Shown: piece after piece, positions 1-9,516 of the stretch
How positions within the stretch are numbered: position 1 is the stretch's first letter
Layout of the letters: each line of letters begins with the position of its first letter
Source: an uncultured delta proteobacterium
GTDB lineage: Bacteria; Desulfobacterota; RBG-13-43-22
Length of the DNA: 64,000 nucleotides
Reading direction: 5' to 3'
Assembly: GCA_963802945.1 (NCBI GenBank)
Contig: CAWDKY010000016.1
Coordinates: 32,001-96,000, forward strand
Made by a program: the position numbers and the translations under genes
The notes under the pieces: model-generated
Database searches by the model: none
Seen by the model: the letters and a program-made list of their open reading frames with translations, nothing else
What the model was told of the DNA's origin: nothing

Positions 1-341
1 GCTCCCTGTTTAAAGGTTGCCAACAAGAAAACTTATTTATTTTATTTATAATTTCTTACTCTTTAATAACTAAAAAGTCAACAAATTACAGGTTCCTTTT
101 AATTAATTACCGTTTGAAATATTGTCTTTTTCCCAAAAGATAATTTTGAGGAAGAAGCCCTCAAGGTTCCTCGAACAGGGTCTCACCTGACTGAATTAAA
201 ATTTTACACCCACAACTCTTGCTTGGGAGCTGGACTAAAATTGAGGATTGAGGGTTTAAATAAATAATCCCCTACTGTTAAATAATGAGGCTCATAGATT
301 ATTTTCATACATTATAGAAAGAAAATATTTTGATTTTATTT

Positions 342-370
342 TTGACGAAGCCCTCTGGAGATGTTATTAT
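342..370 (+). promoter_or_regulatory. sigma70-type promoter
   Basis: TTGACG-17 nt-TATTAT with an extended -10 TG. Confidence 0.5.
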
Positions 371-656
371 AGAAGCCAGTGAAGCAGACCATTCGTTCCT
401 CGTGATTGGGTTTATGGGAGTTCATGGCCGCCAGCCAATCTAAGTTATCGAAAAATTTTTATTACCGTTGTCCTTAGTTCGGTAGATAATGCGGGACTCT
501 TCCGGGAGATAGGTTGTTTGTCACTGAGAGAAAGAGGCCCGGATGATATAACGAGCCAGGGTTTTCATTCTGCCGTGAATCGATAATTTTTCTGAACGGT
601 AAGGTTTATTGATGATGTCAATCGGAGTCATTCTCATGATGAAAGGAGGTGAAATC

Positions 657-1058
657 ATGAAAAAGATAATTGTTTGTATCATATCGCTTCTATTTTTGCT
701 CTCTGTCACAGGGCTTTCTTTTGCCACAGAGAAAGAGACGGTGCCGGCTCCTACCAAGGCAGAGAAGAAGACACCTTGTGTCCACGGTAAGCACCTTCGC
801 GGCAAGGTAACCGCAGTCGATGCGACCGCCAACACCATCACCGTAAAAAGTAGGAAGGGTGAGGTAACTCTCTCGATCGATGACAAAACCAAGTTCTCCA
901 AGGACAAGACCATTGCCGACGTGAAGGTGGGCGATTGGGTATTCGCAAAGTGCAAAGAGATGGACGGCAAACTGGTTGCATCAAAAGTCATGGCGAGAAC
1001 TCCTCATGCTCACAAGAAAGCTAAAATGAAGGACGAGAAGAAAGAGGAAAAGAAGTAA
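657..1058 (+). CDS. Secreted small OB-fold/DUF5666-like protein
   Basis: AGGAGGT RBS before ATG 657; signal peptide MKKIIVCIISLLFLLSVTGLSFA; GKVTAVDATANTITV...DVKVGD motif; Lys-rich tail. Confidence 0.7.
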   Translation: MKKIIVCIISLLFLLSVTGLSFATEKETVPAPTKAEKKTPCVHGKHLRGKVTAVDATANTITVKSRKGEVTLSIDDKTKFSKDKTIADVKVGDWVFAKCKEMDGKLVASKVMARTPHAHKKAKMKDEKKEEKK

Positions 1059-1072
1059 TTTCTTCCACCATC

Positions 1073-1121
1073 CAAAAGCAAAAGGTGAAATAGGGATATC
1101 CCGTTTCACCTTTTTGTTTTT
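1073..1121 (+). terminator. Rho-independent terminator
   Basis: AAAAGGTGAAA-TAGGGATATCCCG-TTTCACCTTTT followed by a T tract. Confidence 0.75.
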
Positions 1122-1483
1122 CAGAAGTTGCAATCCGCAATATACTTCTACTATGTTTTGGTGGGGTCTCTGCTTGTCTGCCATTGGTTTAAATTTCCGC
1201 CGACTTGATGAAGATTACTGCTTGAACTCCTATCTTTTATTCAAAAAGGAGATTTGGGAATAAGGGGACATAATGCTGATTTATAGACATCGGGAAACCA
1301 TATTTATATTATGTCCTCCGAATCTACACGATTCAGCATTCGCCGGCGGCTTTTTCTTTCTCCATAAGCCGGAGCATGGTCACCGCGCTATACTGACCTA
1401 CGGATTTTGTTTCTCGCACTACCACAGAAATGCTTTGGTTCGGCAGGACCCGAGTAACTCCTTTTAACGAAACAGGCTGATGA

Positions 1484-2365
1484 TCAGCGCGCGTTCCGCG
1501 CGGGAGTTACTGGTACAACTGATTGGTACACCTGCATAATGACCTTCGCGATTAGTTTGTGACCTGACTGGCTGGGATGCACATCGCACGTCGGCGGGTT
1601 AGTTGCCGGGTTACTGGCGTTTAGCAAACCAGCGACACAAGCCTTCCCTTTCGCGAATGAATTCGAAACTGCAGTCTCGAATGCCGAAAACACATCGGCT
1701 ATCTCGGCACCGTAAAGGGATGCTGGTGCGCTAATCGCTTGGTTCAATCCCTGGGTCATTGCGGTCGCACCCTGGTCCGAGTAATCGAGCGAGTAGTAGT
1801 TCACGATGATGATGAGGCCATTGTAACCTATGGTGCGAAGATCGGCGAGGATGCTATGCATGTTAGCCGCTACCGTGGCAAATAGCTGCGGGGCACCCTG
1901 CGCGATGCACACCGGGTCGTAATTGCACTTTTTTTCTAATAGAAACAAGTCGTTCGCCCCGAGGCTGATCGTTACCAGTCGTGTGTTGCGATGATGCTTG
2001 AGGAATTTCTTGGCGAAAGCACGTTGCGTGTGGCTGTAATAAACGTGCAGGGGAACCAGGCTACGATAAAAACGGCATCCATTATCGGCGCCGGTCAACG
2101 ATAGAAAGCTGCTCGTCGTCTCACCCGGACAGCTCGCATCCACCACGTTCAAATTCAAGTAGAAGCCGAGGTAATCTGCATACGGCACGAAGTTTGTGGG
2201 ATGGAAATATTCGTACCCCGCCTGGTCTATGTACCCGAATGCCACGCTGTCACCAAGTGCGAGGTAATCCTCGTTAATGAAACTGATCTCCAGGGCCAAA
2301 GCGGATCCGAACGCGAATAGGGTGATCGTCATAAAGACACTGAAAATCAGGCGTAATTTCATCAC
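1484..2365 (-). CDS. Secreted SGNH/GDSL hydrolase
   Basis: YLALGDSVAFG block I, GANDL block III, DVHP block V; signal peptide. Confidence 0.9.
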   Translation of the reverse strand: MMKLRLIFSVFMTITLFAFGSALALEISFINEDYLALGDSVAFGYIDQAGYEYFHPTNFVPYADYLGFYLNLNVVDASCPGETTSSFLSLTGADNGCRFYRSLVPLHVYYSHTQRAFAKKFLKHHRNTRLVTISLGANDLFLLEKKCNYDPVCIAQGAPQLFATVAANMHSILADLRTIGYNGLIIIVNYYSLDYSDQGATAMTQGLNQAISAPASLYGAEIADVFSAFETAVSNSFAKGKACVAGLLNASNPATNPPTCDVHPSQSGHKLIAKVIMQVYQSVVPVTPARNAR

Positions 2366-3118
2366 GGCCTCCTTTGCCTTAGGGTTTTGAATTGCTTTTG
2401 TTCCCAGGCTCTTCAGGCGCTTTTCCGAGCGCGGTGCTTTATTGCTTAAAGTATTTACCTACCCCGACAACACAGCCGAAAAGTCGGCGTTGACAATGGG
2501 CAGGTTTGCCGCGAAGGTGTTTGAAGCGAGCAGGATAAAAGCGAAGAAAGGTACAAACTCGCACATGATTTCTCCGCAAGTTACTACGATAGAATTCCCA
2601 TTTTGTCCCGGCACTTGGTCATGTTGTTCCTTGTCACCCCAGACGGCAAAAGCTTTTTGTTAATAAGATTATAAAACAAGAAAAACAACACCGTCAAGGA
2701 GAAAAACAGAGCGGAAGGCAAGTGGACAAAGGGTGTCTTCTGAAGAAAAAGGGATTTTGCAGATCTGAACTTTACAAATAGAAGATGCTAAAAAGAAAAG
2801 GGAGCCTTCCAAAATTTGGACATACTGCTCCCTTTACATCCAATTTCCTCTTATTTTAAACGGACGAATGATCCACGGGAACCCTAAAATCCTGGTCAAA
2901 GGCTTCCTCATAGAAAGGAAGTTAGGAATTCGATGTAATGTTAGGATAGGTATGAATAATTCTTTCTGGAAATGCAAGATTATTCCCTGTTCGCCATTAG
3001 GTACTGATGCCCATCTGAAATGATCAAGTTTTCATGGCTCGGCCGGATTGTTGCTTACAGAAAGAAGTTTCTGATGCCTCAGCCCCTTCCGAAACAGGAA
3101 ATGGGTTTGCAGTAATTA

Positions 3119-5641
3119 TCAAAAAGTAATCCTCTGATAAAAAATCTTTTTAGCCGCTTCGGCGGTAAAAATATACATCCCCACGATGACGGCCAGCAAA
3201 GGGAAGAAATAAAGGGGCAAGGTTTTGAACCCAAACATGGCTCCCAAAGGCGTGTAGGGAATAAGCAGCGTTACGATGGTCACCAAGACGGTGGCCAGGG
3301 TTAAAGCCTTGCCGGGTTTGCTCTGAAAAAAAGGCCGCCGCGTGCGTATGACCAGCACGATCAAGGCTGCTGAAATGACCGACTCGATAAACCAGCCGGT
3401 TCTAAATTGAGCCGGTTGAGCCTTGAGCAGAAACAAAAGGATCCCGAAGGTTAGGTAATCGAAGATGGAACTGATCAGGCCAAAAGTAATCATAAAATTT
3501 CGAATAAAACGGAGATTCCATCTCCTTGGTTTTTCCACAAGTTCTTGGTCCACCCGATCGGCGGCGATAGTCAGCTCCGGGAAATCGGTCAACAGGTTGG
3601 TCAACAGGATCTGCTTGGGCAGTAAAGGCAGAAAGGACAGAAAGAGGGAGGCTCCGGCCATGCTGAACATGTTGCCGAAATTGGCACTGGTGGCCATAAA
3701 GACATATTTCAAAGTATTGGCAAAGGTGGTCCGGCCTTCTGCTATGCCTTTGGCCAGGACCTTTAAATCCTTTTCCAAAAGAACGATATCAGCCGCTTCC
3801 TTGGCTACATCAACGGCCTGATCCACCGAAATGGCTACGTCAGCGGCATGGAGGGCCGAGACGTCGTTAATGCCGTCTCCCATGTACCCGACGACATGAC
3901 CTGCCTTTCTTAAGCCCAGTATAATACGTTCTTTCTGATTAGGTTCGACCTCGGCAAAGATATCCGCTTCCGTGACCAATTGAGGCAAGGCCCGGTTGCC
4001 GGTCTTTTGGAGGTCAGGGCCGGTGATTATTTTGAGATCGGAAAGACCCATTTTACGGCCGATGGTGGCTGCCACCAAATGGTTATCCCCGGTGATGATC
4101 TTCAAAGAAACTCCCAGACCCTTGAGGTGATTAATGGTTTCCACAATCCCTTCCTTGGGCGGGTCAAAGAGGACCAGGAAACCTAAAAAGATTAAATTGT
4201 TTTCCTGATCTTTGGTCAGAACGGCCTTGGGCTCCATTTCTCTATAAGCCACCCCGAGCACACGGAGCCCTTGGGCACTGAATTCCTTGAAATGAGTCTG
4301 TATCTGATCCTGGGCCTGGCTTAGATCCACCTGGGTTCCATCGGTCTTTTCCGCCCGGGAACAGGCCGAAAGGACATTGGAGAGGGCCCCTTTGGTGATC
4401 AACAAATGCCTTTTCCCTTGAGAGATCAGGATACTTAAACGTTTACGGATAAAATCATAAGGCACTTCATCCAGTTTTTGAAAGCCGGTCAGATCAAAGG
4501 GACGAAAGGTGCGGATGGCCTGATCGATCGGGTTGCTAAATCCGCTTTCGTAATTGGCATTCAGATAGGCATAAAGCAAAACTTTTTCGTTATCCCGGCC
4601 TTCCCAATCCAGAGCCGAATGGACTTTGACCAAACCCTCAGTCAACGTGCCGGTCTTATCGGAACAGAGGACATCCATGCTGCCGAAGTTTTCAATGGAA
4701 GTTAAACGCTTGACAATCACCTTTTCCCGGGCCATCTTTTTAGCCCCATGGGCCAGGTTGATGCTGATGATGGCCGGTAAAAGCTGGGGGGTTAAACCCA
4801 CCGCCAGGGCCAGGGAAAAGAGGAAGGAATCCAGAACCGGTCGGACCAAATAAACATTGATGCCAAAGATGGCTATGACCAGGATTAAGGTTATCTCCAT
4901 CAGAAGATAGCCGAATCGCCGGACGCCATGTTCAAACTCGGTTTCCGGGGGCCTGAGTCTCAGCCGTTCGGAAACCCGGCCGAATTCGGTTTCGATTCCG
5001 GTTTGGACCACCAGGGCCTGGGCACTGCCGCTGACTACATGGGTTCCCATGAAAAGGGTGTTGGTCCGTTGGGCCAAGGGTGTTTCCGCAGCCAGCACAG
5101 CGGCCATTTTTTCAACCGGATAGGTTTCCCCGGTCAAGGAGGCCTCATCTACAAACAGATCTTTGGAGTTCAGAACCAGCCCATCTCCGGGGATGACATC
5201 TCCGGCCTTCAACTGGATGATATCGCCGGGCACGACCTCTTCGATCGGGATTTCCTTGGTTGTCCCTTCCCGTAACACCGTAGTCTCGATCTGCACTATT
5301 TCCAGTAATTTTTTAACCGCCTGGGTTGCACCCCGTTCCTGCCAATAACCCAACAGCCCACTAATCAAAACGATGGTCAAGATGATCAGGGCATCGACCG
5401 GATCCTGAAGAAATAGAGACAAGCCGGCCGCAAAGATCAGGATGAGGATAATAGGACTTTTGAATTGGTTGAGGAGCAAGGTCAAGGCATCTGATTTTTT
5501 AGGGGGCTTGAGAAGATTAAGCCCATACTGCTTAAGCCGATTCTGCGCCTCGATACCGGTCAATCCCTGGGGGGAAGTCTCCATTTCCCTAAGGATTTGG
5601 TCAGGAGGTATACTCCAAAAGGCGGGTATTTTTTGATTCAT
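3119..5641 (-). CDS. mgtA: Magnesium-translocating P-type ATPase (P3B)
   Basis: DKTGTLT phosphorylation motif, TGE, GDGIND, LAVGLTPQLLP; 840 aa. Confidence 0.92.
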   Translation of the reverse strand: MNQKIPAFWSIPPDQILREMETSPQGLTGIEAQNRLKQYGLNLLKPPKKSDALTLLLNQFKSPIILILIFAAGLSLFLQDPVDALIILTIVLISGLLGYWQERGATQAVKKLLEIVQIETTVLREGTTKEIPIEEVVPGDIIQLKAGDVIPGDGLVLNSKDLFVDEASLTGETYPVEKMAAVLAAETPLAQRTNTLFMGTHVVSGSAQALVVQTGIETEFGRVSERLRLRPPETEFEHGVRRFGYLLMEITLILVIAIFGINVYLVRPVLDSFLFSLALAVGLTPQLLPAIISINLAHGAKKMAREKVIVKRLTSIENFGSMDVLCSDKTGTLTEGLVKVHSALDWEGRDNEKVLLYAYLNANYESGFSNPIDQAIRTFRPFDLTGFQKLDEVPYDFIRKRLSILISQGKRHLLITKGALSNVLSACSRAEKTDGTQVDLSQAQDQIQTHFKEFSAQGLRVLGVAYREMEPKAVLTKDQENNLIFLGFLVLFDPPKEGIVETINHLKGLGVSLKIITGDNHLVAATIGRKMGLSDLKIITGPDLQKTGNRALPQLVTEADIFAEVEPNQKERIILGLRKAGHVVGYMGDGINDVSALHAADVAISVDQAVDVAKEAADIVLLEKDLKVLAKGIAEGRTTFANTLKYVFMATSANFGNMFSMAGASLFLSFLPLLPKQILLTNLLTDFPELTIAADRVDQELVEKPRRWNLRFIRNFMITFGLISSIFDYLTFGILLFLLKAQPAQFRTGWFIESVISAALIVLVIRTRRPFFQSKPGKALTLATVLVTIVTLLIPYTPLGAMFGFKTLPLYFFPLLAVIVGMYIFTAEAAKKIFYQRITF

Positions 5642-5964
5642 GGCCGATTTCCTTCGTCCTCTTATCTATTGGTTATTCTGGGATGATATCCTTATTTTAC
5701 ATAAATTGGGCGCGCGATTCTCTTGGTTTATCATCCTTAAAATCTACCATACCATATTACTCGCTGATTTTTGTACCATCATCCCGAAACCGAAAAGTAC
5801 CATCAAAACAGGGAAGGCCAAAATAAATTGGTTAAGCTGATATTCAATAAGTCTTTTCTATTGACAACTATACCCATTTATGTTGAATCTTCAATAAGAT
5901 TTATTTTGATCATATCATTTACAGTCCATAGTCCATCTAATGTATTTTCGGTTTCGAGGGAAAG

Positions 5965-6525
5965 ATGACAACCCGCTTCGAGACAAACGACAGAACAGTC
6001 ATTATTCGTCCCTGTCAACCGTCTGATGCAGAGTCGGTGTATGAAGCAGTGCGTGAATCAATAGCAGAATTGTCGCCGTGGATGCCATGGTTTCACCTGG
6101 AGTACTCCATCGAGGATACCAAGACCTGGTTCGGATCCCGTCCTGATAGGTGGCAGAAGGGAACGGAATATGATTTCTTGATCGAGAATCGATCCGACGG
6201 CCGCCCGCTTGGCATTTGCGGTCTAAATAACCTTGATGGCGAGAATCGGCTTGCCAATCTTGGGTATTGGGTCAGAACAAGCAAAGCCCGACAAGGCGTG
6301 GCGACTGCCGTCGTGCCACTGGTGGCCCGGTTTGGTTTTGAGGTGTTGAAACTGAACAGGATCGAGATTATTACGGCCATGGACAATGTGCCGAGTCAAC
6401 GCCTGGCGATGAAGATTGGGGCCTCTCGGGAAGGCAGGCTGAGGCAACGCCTGGTTGTGCATAACCAAATCTACGATGCGATCCTATTTTCGCTTATTCC
6501 TAAGGACAGCCGACCCCAGTATTGA
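5965..6525 (+). CDS. GNAT N-acetyltransferase, RimJ/RimL family
   Basis: NLGYWVRTSKARQGVAT, NVPSQRLAMKIG, EGRLR motifs. Confidence 0.88.
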   Translation: MTTRFETNDRTVIIRPCQPSDAESVYEAVRESIAELSPWMPWFHLEYSIEDTKTWFGSRPDRWQKGTEYDFLIENRSDGRPLGICGLNNLDGENRLANLGYWVRTSKARQGVATAVVPLVARFGFEVLKLNRIEIITAMDNVPSQRLAMKIGASREGRLRQRLVVHNQIYDAILFSLIPKDSRPQY

Positions 6526-6639
6526 GAACGACCGAGAGTTCCGCTGAGTCCCTTGTGGATAAGTCCCAAGAAAAGACCAGCCCGAAAACCACGGACGGAA
6601 GAAAATGGTACTTTAACGGGTCAATACTACAATGTACGG

Positions 6640-7476
6640 CTAAAACGTCATCGGTTTGACCCCGGAGACTTTGATACTGGCCACCGATTTGGCCAGCCCT
6701 TTTGCCTTTTCCAAGTATACATCCAGGTTTTCTGCAACGGCCTTGACTGTCGGGTCATTGGTCATCAAGTCTACGGGGAAAGTCTTCTCATCCATAATCC
6801 GTATTTCAGCAAATCCCGCTTCTTTAACGGCCTCAAGATATTCCTCTTTCATCACTGCCCCGGCCAGACAGCTCACATAGGCACTGACCGAATTCTTAAT
6901 CTCCTCCGGAAGTTCTTTCAGTATTACGATATCTGAAACCATGAGTCGGCCTCCGGGTTTCAGGACCCGAAAGGCTTCCTTAAAAACTCTTCGTTTATCC
7001 GGAGAGAGATTGATGACGCAATTGGAAATGATCATATCGCCCTGATTATCAGCCACCGGCAGGTTTTCAATTTCTCCAAGACGAAATTCCACATTCTCAT
7101 AATTTCCTTTTTGGGCGTTTTGCCGGGCCTTATCGATCATCTCCGGGGTCATATCCACCCCGATCACCCGGCCGTTTTTTCCCACCTGGTTGGCCGCCAG
7201 GAAGCAATCAAAGCCTGCCCCGGAACCCAGGTCGATGACCGTATCCCCTTCTTTTAAAGCCGAATGGGCCAGGGGATTCCCGCACCCAAGTCCCAAATTG
7301 GCGCCTTCAGGTACGGCTTTCATTTCTTCTTCTTTATAGCCGATTCTCTTGCTGAAGATCTCGGTTTGCAAGGTGGGGCCGCAACAACTGATTGATGGCC
7401 CACAACAAGATGAATCTTGCTTGGCCACCTGGGCATATCTATCTCTCACCTCTTTTTTAATTTCTTCCATTTTCAT
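6640..7476 (-). CDS. arsM: Arsenite S-adenosylmethionine methyltransferase
   Basis: GLGCGNP, DLGSGAGFDCF, ISNCVINL, SCLAGA; N-terminal CC pairs. Confidence 0.93.
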   Translation of the reverse strand: MKMEEIKKEVRDRYAQVAKQDSSCCGPSISCCGPTLQTEIFSKRIGYKEEEMKAVPEGANLGLGCGNPLAHSALKEGDTVIDLGSGAGFDCFLAANQVGKNGRVIGVDMTPEMIDKARQNAQKGNYENVEFRLGEIENLPVADNQGDMIISNCVINLSPDKRRVFKEAFRVLKPGGRLMVSDIVILKELPEEIKNSVSAYVSCLAGAVMKEEYLEAVKEAGFAEIRIMDEKTFPVDLMTNDPTVKAVAENLDVYLEKAKGLAKSVASIKVSGVKPMTF

Positions 7477-7554
7477 TATAATAACCTCCTATCCTGATTG
7501 TTGAATCGAAAAACTGTCCAGTTTTAAGATTCCGCCAAATGAAAGATTCTTCAT

Positions 7555-7698
7555 GAGAACTTTAAGAAAGGTCCAATTTTGTTCAAGGTCAAGGAAGACG
7601 AAAATTTTAACCACAGACATACATTTATAGTATTTCGAGGATTAAAATTTGAGTTTGACACAGAGATTGGGCAAAAGGGGACATTTTTCAAAGTTCTC
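7555..7698. mobile_element. MITE-like element with imperfect ~20-bp terminal inverted repeats
   Basis: GAGAACTTTAAGAAAGGTCC ... GGACATTTTTCAAAGTTCTC; internal AAAATTTTAACC/GGATTAAAATTT arms; no ORF. Confidence 0.65.
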
Positions 7699-7967
7699 TA
7701 GGCAGCATTTTGCATATTCATTATAGGCCCGAGAAAATCCTTAACCCCTAGAGCCAAATCTTCCGCTTTAATCAAGGAAAAGCAACAAATCTTCCCCTCT
7801 TTCTCCCAACTGACCAAGGCTAATTTATCCCCGGCCTTGATATCGGCCTTGTCCCGTAATTCCTTAGGCAGCACCATCTGGCCCCGATCATCAATACTGA
7901 TCAGCGATTCGACCCGGCAACAATTTATTGCTTTGCTTTTGCACGAGCTTACTGGCTTTTTAGGCAT
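7698..7967 (-). CDS. hgcC: AbrB/MazE-type DNA-binding protein, HgcC-like
   Basis: CCRVESLISIDDRGQMVLPKELRDKADIKAGDKL...KICCFSLIK resembles the HgcAB-associated AbrB-like family (recognised from memory, not searched). Confidence 0.7.
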   Translation of the reverse strand: MPKKPVSSCKSKAINCCRVESLISIDDRGQMVLPKELRDKADIKAGDKLALVSWEKEGKICCFSLIKAEDLALGVKDFLGPIMNMQNAA

Positions 7968-8020
7968 GATTCAGACCCTCCTTTGTTCTTTGATCTAAAA
8001 ATTCATACCAATAAGAATAT

Positions 8021-8071
8021 TCTGAAAAATCAGATTAACCATAATATAAGACAACCGAGGAACGCTGTCAA
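8021..8071 (-). promoter_or_regulatory. Promoter and palindromic operator for the hgcC-like/arsM pair
   Basis: Minus strand TTGACA(8071-8066)-17-TATATT; TCTGA-AAAA-TCAGA inverted repeat at 8021-8034 just downstream. Confidence 0.55.
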
Positions 8072-8244
8072 GTATTTTCTGAAAAGAATTTTGGGTATCC
8101 GGTAAATTTCAAGAGTTAGCCCTTGGCACACATTTTTTTATTTTGACATTTTTCCGTGTTAGGCATTTAATAGAGATGCATGGATGGAGGCCGAAAACCT
8201 CCTTTTTCGCTTCTATAAACGGCAGGAAAAATGCTGAGGGCATT

Positions 8245-8457
8245 ATGCCTAATGAATTTACGGCAATTATTGAAAAGGATGGAGATTGGTATATTGCCTA
8301 TTGCCCTGAATTTCCTGGGGCAAATGGGCAAGGCAAAACAATCGAGGAATGTAAGGCCAGTTTAGCGGCAGCGATCTCACTTATATTGGAAGATCGTCGT
8401 GAGGATGCCTTGCGTGGATTAACAGAAGATGCAATTCGTGAAGTTGTTGCAGTCTGA
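8245..8457 (+). CDS. hicB: HicB-family antitoxin
   Basis: FTAIIEKDGDWYIAYCPEFPGANGQGKTIEECKASL. Confidence 0.88.
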   Translation: MPNEFTAIIEKDGDWYIAYCPEFPGANGQGKTIEECKASLAAAISLILEDRREDALRGLTEDAIREVVAV

Positions 8458-8654
8458 TGAAGAGATAAACCCTCCTGCGGCATTTGCGTCGATATGGTTG
8501 CTTCCTCAAGAGGGAAGGCGGATCAAATTCGCCATGGATGAATCCATCTTCCGGTGCAGTGGAAACTATCCCTCGACACACCGAAATATCCAATAAGCTT
8601 TCCGGGAAAATTTGTAAAGGGTTGGGAATTCCTGATATCCATAAAGAAAATTAA
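8457..8654 (+). pseudogene. hicA: HicA-family mRNA interferase pseudogene
   Basis: ATG overlaps the hicB stop; reads MKR*TLLRHLRRYGCFLKREGGSNSPW...IPRHTEI...ICKGLGIP with TAA at codon 4. Confidence 0.8.
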
Positions 8655-8782
8655 AAAATGATGCAAGCATGGTCTATCAAGAAAATCCACTGGAAGTCTG
8701 ATAGCCACCGCTGATTTCAACGTAGGGATAAAGAAAAAGTGCTATTTCAAGGCCTGACCCTACTCCCTGTTACCTGCCCCCC

Positions 8783-9460
8783 TTAATCCTCAGTAGACGG
8801 AGTGGACTTGATGGACCGCATAGACACAGATGAATGACGGGATTTGCGGTTCTCGGAGCGCAGGCGGTAAAGGCGTTCAGTAAAGCCGCCTTCGGTTTTA
8901 AAGGCTGTTGCCTGGGCAGCCAGTTGTCGATCGAGCAAACTGCAGGCGACTGTTAGCAGGACCAAGACGGCGTTGGCGGCAATTTCAGGGAAGATGGACT
9001 GTTTGGGCCTGATGGTCGATTGCTTTTGTCCACTCACTCCACGTTGTCCACCTCGTCCATGACCATACACTTCCCGTACCCACTGCGCCAGCTCATCGGC
9101 TGTGGCGCACCTGCGGTTGATCAGTTCTTGTCTGCGGGGATCGTCACGATCCCAGATCGACAGTCCGCGCTGACGCAAGAAATCTTCGTAGTCGAGCCGC
9201 AGTTCTTCGAGGCTGGCCCGTGCCACGTTGGTGAGTTTGAGTTCGGTTTTTTTCGAGGTTCCCGAGGCTTGACTCCCTTCGGCGATGTTCTGCACGCCCG
9301 ACCGTGCCGCCTGCACCATCTGATCGTGAGTGCGGCTGCGTTTTTCGATGTAGCGGTCGCAAAAACGTGCCGTTATATCATAAATCAGTTGTGCCAACTG
9401 AAAGCTCTTTAGATTTCGATAGCCGCCATGTTTCGGTATCAGGGGTTCGTTGGTGGCCAT
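8783..9460 (-). CDS. Four-helix-bundle (23S IVP/Avd-like) suffix-domain protein
   Basis: HGGYRNLKSFQ...RTHDQMVQAARSGVQNIAEGS...ARASLEELRLDYEDFLRQR...EGGFTERLY. Confidence 0.88.
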   Translation of the reverse strand: MATNEPLIPKHGGYRNLKSFQLAQLIYDITARFCDRYIEKRSRTHDQMVQAARSGVQNIAEGSQASGTSKKTELKLTNVARASLEELRLDYEDFLRQRGLSIWDRDDPRRQELINRRCATADELAQWVREVYGHGRGGQRGVSGQKQSTIRPKQSIFPEIAANAVLVLLTVACSLLDRQLAAQATAFKTEGGFTERLYRLRSENRKSRHSSVSMRSIKSTPSTED

Positions 9461-9516
9461 GTTATATAAAGTGTCCCGATGTGGAGGTCTGTCCAATGGC
9501 CCTTGGCATTCCGATT

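Noticed and set aside
1-40. Minus-strand AAACAGGGAGC at the window edge, reminiscent of deltaproteobacterial 6S RNA
   Set aside because: Only a few bases are visible and it could equally be an RBS; no pairing partner in the window
2400-2520. Possible c-di-GMP or glycine riboswitch upstream of the SGNH gene (GGCAAACC, long hairpin)
   Set aside because: Lacks the GNRA tetraloop/receptor and other conserved cores; better explained by the 35-codon gene stub
5642-5960. M-box or mgtL-type leader upstream of mgtA; direct repeat GTACCATCA at 5773 and 5797
   Set aside because: No M-box consensus or Pro-rich leader peptide seen; the 9-bp repeat alone is too weak to assign
8783-9460. Diversity-generating retroelement, because four-helix-bundle proteins resemble Avd
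   Set aside because: No reverse transcriptase and no template/variable repeat pair differing at adenines in the window
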